A stretch of 64,000 nt of DNA, taken from positions 1 through 64,000 of the IMG/VR virus record IMGVR_UViG_3300045119_000200. One strand, given 5' to 3'. The position numbers and the translations under genes are program-made. The notes beneath the pieces were generated by a model that was given only the letters and a program-made list of their open reading frames with translations, did no database searches and had not been told where the DNA came from. Shown here one piece after another: positions 56,129 to 64,000 of this stretch. Position 1 is the stretch's first letter, and each line of letters opens with the position of its first letter. This stretch comes from a virus.

Positions 56129-56364
56129 TAATTTTGTAATTCGATTACACCATTAAATTTTTTGAATTCAGCTTTATTAAAAGAATCTGTTAAATAACCG
56201 ATTCCGTATCCTGATTCAAAATCAAAAATTATAACTCCTGTGAATTGAGTTTCGTATTCACCTTTTCCTGTAACTAATACAATATAATTACAATCATCAT
56301 TTTCATATTCGACCATCTCTCCTTTTTCAAAATCTGGAAGTTTTTCAATCTTAGAACTTTTCAT
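56128..56364 (-). CDS. Hypothetical protein
   Basis: F.KG..V...IVLVTG...F.G pattern. Confidence 0.6.
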   Translation of the reverse strand: MKSSKIEKLPDFEKGEMVEYENDDCNYIVLVTGKGEYETQFTGVIIFDFESGYGIGYLTDSFNKAEFKKFNGVIELQN

Positions 56365-56382
56365 TTTATTTAATTTAAATTG

Positions 56383-58287
56383 TTACTTAACTGGACAAGC
56401 CCCTGAAGCGCAATCGTCTGAGTCTTCCATATCATCTTCATCAAACCCTACTTCCAAAGAAGTGATTGGTCTAACATTTTTGATCATCTCCTCATATAAT
56501 TCCTCAGTTATTCCCTCAAATGGCATTTGTTTAAATCCACTTGCGTCTGATTTTAATAAGAAACTCAGGGTCTTGAAATTATCTTTAAAGTTTTCTTCCA
56601 GATATTTTCTAATCTCTGGTAACTCTTCTTTCGTATAATATGCTGTGACTGAGACAGAATTATCAGACCAGTTCTTTTGTAAGAACTTCACGTCTTCTAA
56701 CTGCTCAAACACAGTCATATCTTTAGCAAGTTTCGTACCGTCTGGATATTTACAAGGGAAAGACGCAACCATTGTCGATCTGTCTAAAGTCCCATCGAAA
56801 TTCTCCTGCGGTTCGATATGATAACCGTGTGCTTTAATGACATCGATAAGTGGTGATTCAGCAGCGATTCTGATTCTTCTGATATAGAATTGATCAGCTG
56901 TTGCTGGGTGAACCCCTGAAGTCATACCTGCCAATAACGATAATGTTCCGGAAGGTTTAACGGTTGTCAGCTTGATTGAAGTAGGCCATCCCATTTTTGC
57001 TGAATAAACTTTATCAATTTCTCTTAAATATTCATAACAACTCCATAACCATCCTTTTTGTTCATCGGAAGCCATTTGAAAACCAGTGATTCCGATCCCC
57101 ATTCTCATGTTCTTATGAACAATTGCTTCAGTCTCAGGCTGATGTGACTTCAATGCTAATGAATGTTTGTTTACTTTATAAAGCATTGCTGCAACTTTAA
57201 TTAATTCAGCTTCACTTTCAATGTTCGGAAGATAAATCTCCGCTAAACAGCACGTCTCATGATTGGCTAATGATTGTTCAGCACACGGATTATATCCTTC
57301 AACATCCGGATCTGGATATTGGGTCTCACCAAGTCTCCCCTCACGTCTGGATAACTCCAGATTGATCAGCCCATATGGCTCACCTTGTTCATAAGTTTCC
57401 CAGAATTCTGCCGGAAGTGCTTTTGCATCAAAACAATCTACTGAGTTATTTGACATATTTCTCCATCTTGGAACGTTTCCTAAATCCCATCTTTTGGCCT
57501 TAAGGAATTCCAAATCATCATAATCACCTATTGCTATTTGCGCTGATCGTCTTACGTTTCCTGCAACAACAATCATCCCGATAATGTTCATGATGTCCAA
57601 ACAGTCTATCGGACGTAACTGCTGACCTCGCCTGTTGTTCAAAACAACGCTGATCAATTCCATTCCTTCTACAAGGATTGATGCTCCGGAAGCCACACCT
57701 CCGAAACCTTTGATTGCTTCACCTCTTCCACGAATAAGCTGTGTAGAATAACTAAATCCTTCACCTCCGTAGAAATGTGCTTTCAATACTTTTCCAAGAA
57801 GCTTCACCCAGCCTTCTCTTGTATCAGGCACGATATAATCTGCATCTTTTGTATCAAGTCTTTCAATCTTAATCTTTTTCTTTTGAACTTTTGGTAGTTT
57901 GTAAACGTGTTCTTTTTTGATTGAATAACCAACACCACTACCAAGCATCAACATATCCATCGCCCAAGTGAAGGGTGTAATAGGATTGTCAATAACTACG
58001 AAGGCACAGTTCTGAAGACTTGCTAATCCTAATTGATCAACCGTCTTTGTTCCAAGCTGCCACATAAAACGTCCGGCTACTGAGCCTTTCATATCATGTC
58101 TCATTTGTCTGTAGAACTCTTGCTCTTCCTCTGATAGTGATAACTTCAGTTGCTTATCAATTCCATTGAGTTCTCTCTCAACAGTTTCTGAAAACGTTTC
58201 TAATTTACCACCGAACTTTTTTCTTGCGTATGTACGGGAAAAAGTTATAAACCCTAACGGTCCCCATTTAACTGGTCTGTTCTCCAT
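56383..58287 (-). CDS. nrdJ: Class II (B12-dependent) ribonucleotide reductase
   Basis: RTYAR, LQNC, GNVRRSA, NPCAE, CCL, VKPSGT, C-terminal CASGACP. Confidence 0.95.
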   Translation of the reverse strand: MENRPVKWGPLGFITFSRTYARKKFGGKLETFSETVERELNGIDKQLKLSLSEEEQEFYRQMRHDMKGSVAGRFMWQLGTKTVDQLGLASLQNCAFVVIDNPITPFTWAMDMLMLGSGVGYSIKKEHVYKLPKVQKKKIKIERLDTKDADYIVPDTREGWVKLLGKVLKAHFYGGEGFSYSTQLIRGRGEAIKGFGGVASGASILVEGMELISVVLNNRRGQQLRPIDCLDIMNIIGMIVVAGNVRRSAQIAIGDYDDLEFLKAKRWDLGNVPRWRNMSNNSVDCFDAKALPAEFWETYEQGEPYGLINLELSRREGRLGETQYPDPDVEGYNPCAEQSLANHETCCLAEIYLPNIESEAELIKVAAMLYKVNKHSLALKSHQPETEAIVHKNMRMGIGITGFQMASDEQKGWLWSCYEYLREIDKVYSAKMGWPTSIKLTTVKPSGTLSLLAGMTSGVHPATADQFYIRRIRIAAESPLIDVIKAHGYHIEPQENFDGTLDRSTMVASFPCKYPDGTKLAKDMTVFEQLEDVKFLQKNWSDNSVSVTAYYTKEELPEIRKYLEENFKDNFKTLSFLLKSDASGFKQMPFEGITEELYEEMIKNVRPITSLEVGFDEDDMEDSDDCASGACPVK

Positions 58288-58468
58288 CTTCTTTTCCTTT
58301 TTCGAAATATTCTAAATAAATGCTGGTCATGATCAAAATCACACCAAAGATTAATAAGTATCTACTGTCTGCATCAAATGATAACCCGACAAAAATACCA
58401 CCAATTGTATCTCCTATGTCAATTAAGAATTCTTTCCAGCGTGATTTCTGTTTTCTGTTTTTTCTCAT
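58268..58468 (-). CDS. Small membrane protein
   Basis: Two hydrophobic segments. Confidence 0.55.
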   Translation of the reverse strand: MRKNRKQKSRWKEFLIDIGDTIGGIFVGLSFDADSRYLLIFGVILIMTSIYLEYFEKGKEDGEQTS

Positions 58469-58470
58469 TA

Positions 58471-58836
58471 TTAAAAGTTTGATAATTTACCACAAGGTGT
58501 TCCGTCAATAAATTCATAATTATTAAACAAATATTCAAAAGTTCGTGTTACTCCACCTCCTGTTGTAATTACATCACCTGTTGGAATATAGGAAATAATT
58601 GTTACAACCCTACCATCTTTAGATTTAATTGCTCTACCAATCAACCGCTCCGCATCTGAATAATCGAATGGAATATACTCTAACTGAGGTTTAATACGAT
58701 ATTGAGGAGTGAGTTGCCATTGTGGTTCATCTATATCTTCCCATACACCTTTGCGAAGTACTTGTATTTGTTCACCGGATGTCCATTTTTCTATAAGATA
58801 CCAGTGTTTTTTAAATTGTTCTTTTGTCATAATCAA
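58471..58836 (-). CDS. Hypothetical protein
   Basis: GE.IQ...W.D...P.W....YRIKP, F.DGTPCG. Confidence 0.7.
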   Translation of the reverse strand: MIMTKEQFKKHWYLIEKWTSGEQIQVLRKGVWEDIDEPQWQLTPQYRIKPQLEYIPFDYSDAERLIGRAIKSKDGRVVTIISYIPTGDVITTGGGVTRTFEYLFNNYEFIDGTPCGKLSNF

Positions 58837-60062
58837 AATGGTTTTAAATTATTATCAATAAAATATCGAAGTTGAATGAATCCTTGGAAGTTGTTACACC
58901 ATCCTTCTGTTCCATGTGTTGCTAAAAGAAGCCCTGTATCAGAGTCTTCAAAAAGTTTACCTCTTCTAAATTCATAATGCTCATCATCGGACATTACTTT
59001 CGCACAATGCTCAAACGGTGATGAATGAGGCGGCTCCTGACCAATCAATTTCGTTTCATAAACGTCAATCAACGATTGATAAGAAATTTCTTTCTCTTCA
59101 TCAACAACCGTGTAAGAAGTTCTTGCCGCCATCGCTGTAGAAATTTTTATTTTTATTGAATCAAAATTTTCATGTGCTTGAAATAACCTACCGTTCATAG
59201 TATTTTCAATCTTATCTCTGAAAGGAATATGCCATTCACCCGCTTCCAAATCCCTCGGAGTTGACTCATTGATCGTATCCCAAAGATTCTCCGCTAAATC
59301 TTGAATATGAATTTCTGCTAGACTGTAATCAGCTTCCAACCATTGTTCCTCAGTTAAATTCGAAAGAAAAACATTTGGATGATTTTCATATTCGACTTCT
59401 TCATTCGGACCAAACTGTTTCAACATATCTTTTCTGGATCTGAAATGGAATTCTTCAACGTCATGGAAAACATAATCTGGACATCTTAATTTAAAGAATC
59501 CTTCAAAGCTTTGTTTGTTACCGGTGATAATGTCGGTGACCCACATAAAAGGTTCTAACAATCTGTTCGCAATCTGCTTTGTAACTCCCATAGCATAAAC
59601 CATGATAGCACAACCAATAACGATGTTTCTCACCTGAATCCACCATTCTGCCGGAGTTCTTCCCTGTTCATCTTGTCTAAACAATGGCCACACATATTCG
59701 TTCATAGCGAATTCAACTTCAGCCCAATCACCGTCTTCTAAAGAAAAGTTCTTTGTGATCATCGAATGAATAACCGGTTGAACCTCTTCCCAAGAAACTT
59801 TCTTGTTCGGATCTAAATATTTATGTCCTTGCATTCCAGAATGATGTCCTTGGAAAGCATAAGGAATGAACGTGTTATCTGTCACCGATTTAACAGCTTT
59901 CCAAAAAGGAATTGCTCTACTGCTTGAAGTATTCTTACTGAGCATACGATGTGTATTTACTTCAGCTAACACTATTCTTGGAAACGTACAGAGAACGCTG
60001 ATTAATTCGTCTCCGTTGGGCCCACGACTGTGAGCCACTACTTCTACTTTTGATTTTTTCAT
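58833..60062 (-). CDS. thyX: FAD-dependent thymidylate synthase
   Basis: AEVNTHR..S.N..SSRAIP, KQ.ANRLLEPF, AR.SY, H.SPFEH.A. Confidence 0.88.
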   Translation of the reverse strand: MKKSKVEVVAHSRGPNGDELISVLCTFPRIVLAEVNTHRMLSKNTSSSRAIPFWKAVKSVTDNTFIPYAFQGHHSGMQGHKYLDPNKKVSWEEVQPVIHSMITKNFSLEDGDWAEVEFAMNEYVWPLFRQDEQGRTPAEWWIQVRNIVIGCAIMVYAMGVTKQIANRLLEPFMWVTDIITGNKQSFEGFFKLRCPDYVFHDVEEFHFRSRKDMLKQFGPNEEVEYENHPNVFLSNLTEEQWLEADYSLAEIHIQDLAENLWDTINESTPRDLEAGEWHIPFRDKIENTMNGRLFQAHENFDSIKIKISTAMAARTSYTVVDEEKEISYQSLIDVYETKLIGQEPPHSSPFEHCAKVMSDDEHYEFRRGKLFEDSDTGLLLATHGTEGWCNNFQGFIQLRYFIDNNLKPF

Positions 60063-60335
60063 TTAAAAATAATTTGGTCCTTTATACGGAATTCCCGATT
60101 GTTTAGAATCATTCAAAGCTTTTTCAATACAACTTCTATCCCATTCGTCATCCCAATTAATAAATTCTATTTTTTCTCCATGAATTCCTAGAATTCCACG
60201 TATTTCAAATACAACGATGAAACGATCTTCCATTAATTCTTCTCTGTAAGTAATAACATATTTCTTTACCGGAAGAACTTTAACAATTCCAATTATTAAA
60301 ATTAGAATTAAAACTACTAATATGAATGTTGTCAT
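60063..60335 (-). CDS. Membrane-anchored hypothetical protein
   Basis: N-terminal TM helix. Confidence 0.6.
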   Translation of the reverse strand: MTTFILVVLILILIIGIVKVLPVKKYVITYREELMEDRFIVVFEIRGILGIHGEKIEFINWDDEWDRSCIEKALNDSKQSGIPYKGPNYF

Positions 60336-60727
60336 GAGTTATAATATTCGTCTACTTGAATTAATATTTGATTTACTTCTGCTTTAGAATACTCTGTGGT
60401 ATTAATGAATTCCAAATAATCGAAATAAATATTATCGATATTATGTTCCTCGTTATACTCTTCTTGGTAGAATTCTTTAAAGCTTTGAATTTCAGAATAT
60501 TCTTCATTTAAAATATCCCAAATTTCCTTTGCTCGATCAATGTATTTATGGGCCATAAACCCAGCAAACACATCTGTTCGACCAACCGCACAAGTGTCCA
60601 GAAAATCTTCTCCAGCATCGTGATGGAAATTACACATTCTTTCGATTGTAATTTCCCTTTCTTTTTCTTCTTGGGTCAACTCTCTTTTCTCAATATCAAA
60701 CCCGTAAATGTATTCTACTTCTTCCAT
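60332..60727 (-). CDS. Acidic hypothetical protein
   Basis: Coupled ORF. Confidence 0.6.
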   Translation of the reverse strand: MEEVEYIYGFDIEKRELTQEEKEREITIERMCNFHHDAGEDFLDTCAVGRTDVFAGFMAHKYIDRAKEIWDILNEEYSEIQSFKEFYQEEYNEEHNIDNIYFDYLEFINTTEYSKAEVNQILIQVDEYYNS

Positions 60728-61002
60728 TATTTCCTAATATCTATTGTTTGTAAAGCTGTTAAAATAATATCAAACGCATCATCTCTGTCTGAAGGAGTAT
60801 TGAATTTCAATCTCATATTAGATTTCTGATTATCATCAAGACTTTCATAAAATCCAATATAATAACCTATTCCTCCACCAGAATCCTGAGTTGCATTCAA
60901 AGGTCTGTTCTCTTTTAAAACTCGAACAACTTTCTGATCGATATTAATTATCTCACCTTCTTTGATTTGCACCCATGTTGTTGTAACTGTTCCTGTTGCC
61001 AT
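60727..61002 (-). CDS. Hypothetical protein
   Basis: Coupled ORF. Confidence 0.6.
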   Translation of the reverse strand: MATGTVTTTWVQIKEGEIINIDQKVVRVLKENRPLNATQDSGGGIGYYIGFYESLDDNQKSNMRLKFNTPSDRDDAFDIILTALQTIDIRK

Positions 61003-61208
61003 TACATTTCAAGTTTATCTGTTAATTCTTCCATTTGTTCAAACAGTTCTTTGATAACCGGATCGAATTCCACCATTACTTTGAAAGCTTCTCGACGTTT
61101 GTCATCTTCACCAAGAAATAAATCCATTGATGTTTTCGCATCATTGATCTTTTGTAAACTTTCGTTTATTTCTGTACAGTATTTCACTATCATCTCTTTT
61201 AATGTCAT
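61002..61208 (-). CDS. Small helical protein
   Basis: Coupled ORF. Confidence 0.6.
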   Translation of the reverse strand: MTLKEMIVKYCTEINESLQKINDAKTSMDLFLGEDDKRREAFKVMVEFDPVIKELFEQMEELTDKLEM

Positions 61209-61429
61209 AGGTCTTTGGAGATTTGTTTAATCATTATTACAACCTTCTCGCCTAATTCGTTCAATTCTGTATTTTCCGTCATTGACATAAGTTCAGCAAC
61301 AGTAAAACCTTGAAAAGCTTTCTCACCTTGTTCTTGTAGATCAATGAATTGTTGTAAAATTGCTTCCATCTTTTTAAGATGTTCAAAATAGAATTCTGAA
61401 GCAGTTTGTTTTTGTTTTGTATTTGCCAT
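61205..61429 (-). CDS. Small helical protein
   Basis: Coupled ORF. Confidence 0.6.
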   Translation of the reverse strand: MANTKQKQTASEFYFEHLKKMEAILQQFIDLQEQGEKAFQGFTVAELMSMTENTELNELGEKVVIMIKQISKDL

Positions 61430-61430
61430 T

Positions 61431-61703
61431 TTATTTATTTATAAGTTCTAAAATTTTTGATCTCCAATAATCTTTATCGAAATAGTATTCAATAATTAAA
61501 AATTGAGTGCCCTTTCTATAAAGCTTTGTTTCATTCATTATCTCGTCAACTCTTTGTCTCGCATCTTCTACAGATTCGAAAAAGTGACGTTGATACTTCT
61601 TTCTGTCAGTTTTATATTCACCAACTTTTCTAAGATTGCCGTCTCCATCAAATGAATAGAGACGGATGTCCTTTTTGTTCATATTAATCTTTTTTGATAA
61701 CAT
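61431..61703 (-). CDS. Hypothetical protein
   Basis: 90-aa ORF in operon. Confidence 0.55.
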   Translation of the reverse strand: MLSKKINMNKKDIRLYSFDGDGNLRKVGEYKTDRKKYQRHFFESVEDARQRVDEIMNETKLYRKGTQFLIIEYYFDKDYWRSKILELINK

Positions 61704-61749
61704 TACCTATGATTGCACATAAGCAGCAAACTACTATAAACACTAATCA

Positions 61750-63192
61750 TTACATAAGATCTTTTAAAGAATGAATTCTCTTAAATCCTACATCATAGCG
61801 TTGATTATGCTTCGCATCCATTAAGAATGTAGCAATACCAGCGTTATTTAATTCAACAAAGTTTTCATAACGATCATCAACAAAGATCTCAATCCCTGAT
61901 TCTTTTGCTACGTCCACCTTTGATTCATTAAATCCAATCGTATGAACCGGAACAGCTGGAAAACCATTAAGTTGTAACCATTCTTCAGTCCAATCATTCG
62001 GAATCATTCTGCTTGTAATATAACAGGTTGGTTCGAAAGGAAGATCTTCAGGTTTGATCTTTGGCTTCATTGTCATCCAGAATTCTTTGTCCTGTGCAAC
62101 CTCAGCAAATTTCTCCTTCATATCTTTATCGAAGTTCCAGAAATTTACCTCATTGTTGGGGTATCTTTCTCGCCATTTACCCACGAAGTCTGCCAAAACA
62201 TCGTCTATATCCAGACCGATTTTTAAAGGGCTTAAATAGCGGTGAGGTCTGTCATCTCCTTGCGGATAAATTTTGTAATAAGCGGTTAAGAAATGTGCAT
62301 TACAAGCAATATGTGCTGCATGAAGTAATCCTGTTTCCGGATCAAAGTCTTCCCCTTTCTTAATAGCTTGCAAATGTCGTTCCAAAGATGCTAAGACATT
62401 GCTCCAAGCCATTCCTCTTTCCCAGTTACGTTCAGCATATTTCTCTGCCCCTTTGGTTAATACTTTAGCCATTTGCTCATGTGCCCATGGATGAACCAGA
62501 TCATAACGAGTTTTACCGGTATTAAAACGAAGACCTTTATGTTTTTGACTATTTTCAATTTTCTCCATTGATTCAATAATAGCAATACCGACCTCTTTCA
62601 TTTGGGCTTTTGCTAATTGTTCCTCCGGTTTTTCAATTTCGTTTTCCCAAATATCTTTTAACGCTGACCATTCATCAGTAATTGGTTGAATTTCTTCGTA
62701 AAGATTAATAGCTTCACTAATAATCCGCTCATTGACTAATTTTGGTATTTCTCCATTAACATCTTCTTTTAACATTTGTTCAACTTCAGATAAATACTGT
62801 TCTTCATTAATTTCACAATGTCCCTCAGGACACGAATTCGCTGCATTTGTTTGAGCAATAGCTGAAGCTATTTCTTCGTCAGTCCAAGTCGGAACTGGAA
62901 TTGATGGAACTGGAATTGATGGAATATCCGACGCAAAAAAATTCCTTGCTTTTGCAGCTAATGTTCCACCAGCCGGTGCCACAATCTTACTAAGTTCTGC
63001 TTCTTCTTCTAGTAACCATTTACTTATAAATGAGTCACCTAAATTTCCTTCAAATGTTTCTTCAGGCCATTCATCGACCCACATCGCATATTCATCTGGT
63101 GAAACATCATTCGATAACAAATAATGAAATAGAACATTTCTATTTCTACCAGATTTTTCCCAGACTTCTTTTACTTTATCTTCTAAATTCAT
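61750..63192 (-). CDS. Fusion: acidic N-domain + dATP/dGTP diphosphohydrolase-like (DUF5664) + HAD 5'-nucleotidase
   Basis: GK.RYDL, GA.KY..RNW.RG, RHL, D.ETGL.H.AH..CN..FL; then DIDDVLADF...FVDDR.EN. Confidence 0.88.
   Translation of the reverse strand: MNLEDKVKEVWEKSGRNRNVLFHYLLSNDVSPDEYAMWVDEWPEETFEGNLGDSFISKWLLEEEAELSKIVAPAGGTLAAKARNFFASDIPSIPVPSIPVPTWTDEEIASAIAQTNAANSCPEGHCEINEEQYLSEVEQMLKEDVNGEIPKLVNERIISEAINLYEEIQPITDEWSALKDIWENEIEKPEEQLAKAQMKEVGIAIIESMEKIENSQKHKGLRFNTGKTRYDLVHPWAHEQMAKVLTKGAEKYAERNWERGMAWSNVLASLERHLQAIKKGEDFDPETGLLHAAHIACNAHFLTAYYKIYPQGDDRPHRYLSPLKIGLDIDDVLADFVGKWRERYPNNEVNFWNFDKDMKEKFAEVAQDKEFWMTMKPKIKPEDLPFEPTCYITSRMIPNDWTEEWLQLNGFPAVPVHTIGFNESKVDVAKESGIEIFVDDRYENFVELNNAGIATFLMDAKHNQRYDVGFKRIHSLKDLM
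62891..62924. repeat. 15-bp tandem repeat (PSIPV x2)
   Basis: GGAACTGGAATTGAT twice plus partial. Confidence 0.8.
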
Positions 63193-63203
63193 TGTATTTA
63201 ATT

Positions 63204-64000
63204 TTAAAAGGCATCTTCCGGATTCATCCGTTTAACTTGTGCCTGTACTTCTTTTTTCGAATTTAATTTAGCAAAGAATGGATTGTTCCCATCCTTATCC
63301 CAATAACCTGTGAAACCATGTCTTGTTTCATAGATTAAACCGGTGTAATCTCCATTATCATGAACTTTTCCACCTGTTTCAACTTCTTTGATTTTCTCAA
63401 CGCTTACCTGCATTTCTTTTCGAACGTCAGGATCTTCATGATTTACAATTCTATGAACTGTAAAGAAGTCATCAACTCTGTACGGGAAATCCGCACCACC
63501 TTGAATATCATACTTACTTGGTTTACCAATATATCCAGCAGAATCTTTGTTCGCCCTTGGAGAATTTGTCGAAGGGTGTGCAAGAATATATACAGAACAA
63601 TACTTTTCAGCAAACACTCTCATTTTAGAAAGCATTTCGTTGTTAAATCTATATCCGTCACCTGTTACTTTAAAAAAGTTATACGGATCAATCAAAAGAG
63701 CGTCGATTCCAAACTTCTCATACATTCGTTTCCCCATTTCTAATACATCATCGATTGAATAATGCTTTTTGTTAGAAATGATTTTGAAATTCTCTCTGGA
63801 ATAATTCACATAAAATTTCTTCTCTTCAGGTTTGTATTTGAAATACGTAATTGGTTTACCAGATAATATCTCAATCAATCTGATTCTGGACCTCGGTGTT
63901 TTGTTCTCCGGCATTACCATTCCCCACTTCCAACCATGGAGAGTTGCAGATGCAGCAGCTATGTTCAACATATAAACAGATTTACCAACGTTATCCAATC
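63204..64000 (-). CDS. SF4 (Twinkle/T7 gp4-like) helicase, C-terminal part; truncated by window end
   Basis: NVGKS Walker A, LLIDPYN, LAHP, YDIQGGADF...D. Confidence 0.88.
   Translation of the reverse strand, partial: LDNVGKSVYMLNIAAASATLHGWKWGMVMPENKTPRSRIRLIEILSGKPITYFKYKPEEKKFYVNYSRENFKIISNKKHYSIDDVLEMGKRMYEKFGIDALLIDPYNFFKVTGDGYRFNNEMLSKMRVFAEKYCSVYILAHPSTNSPRANKDSAGYIGKPSKYDIQGGADFPYRVDDFFTVHRIVNHEDPDVRKEMQVSVEKIKEVETGGKVHDNGDYTGLIYETRHGFTGYWDKDGNNPFFAKLNSKKEVQAQVKRMNPEDAF

Larger units (their letters stand above)
1..64000. mobile_element. Bacteroidota podovirus-like (crAss-related) phage genome segment
   Basis: Terminase-portal-scaffold-capsid-tail-ejection module, opposite-strand PolB/NrdJ/ThyX/ligase/helicase module, Bacteroidota TAnnTTTG promoters; no host housekeeping genes. 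Confidence 0.93.

Noticed and set aside
53178-60062. Inteins or introns in PolB, NrdJ, ThyX (and terminase)
   Set aside because: No intein splice motifs, LAGLIDADG blocks or frame breaks seen; ThyX insertions are short in-frame loops.
55244-63192. Z-genome (2-aminoadenine) pathway
   Set aside because: DUF5664-like and MazG domains are present but no PurZ is visible in the window; these domains occur widely without Z-DNA.

Overview
The whole window is part of a dsDNA tailed phage of Bacteroidota (probably Flavobacteriales). Its podovirus-type virion module resembles crAss-related/Cellulophaga-type phages. Host inference rests on many TAnnTTTG (-7) Bacteroidota promoters and A-rich start contexts without Shine-Dalgarno sites. 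Layout: (1) 1-5.5 kb, a leftward early/host-takeover region of small, partly paralogous genes, five of which start at an identical AATCACTGTC-ATG junction, preceded by a ~530-nt hairpin-rich non-coding stretch; (2) 5.5-7.1 kb, a mostly non-coding control region with repeats, palindromes, an AT-rich tract and two exact sigma54-type -24/-12 motifs; (3) 7.1-43.4 kb, rightward: serine recombinase, mini kinase-like protein, Ig-domain protein, tRNA-Glu, lysis cassette, an unusually long terminase with an Sm/RimP-like insert, portal, scaffold, major capsid, ring/muzzle proteins, GroES-like proteins and ejection proteins ending in a 2838-aa protein with zincin-like and ADP-ribosyltransferase-like domains; (4) 43.5-64 kb, leftward replication/nucleotide module (two aberrant tRNA-like elements, ligase, nucleases, family B polymerase, MazG, NrdJ, ThyX, dNTP pyrophosphatase-HAD fusion, helicase). 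All assignments come from motifs and synteny recognised by eye; no database searches were run.
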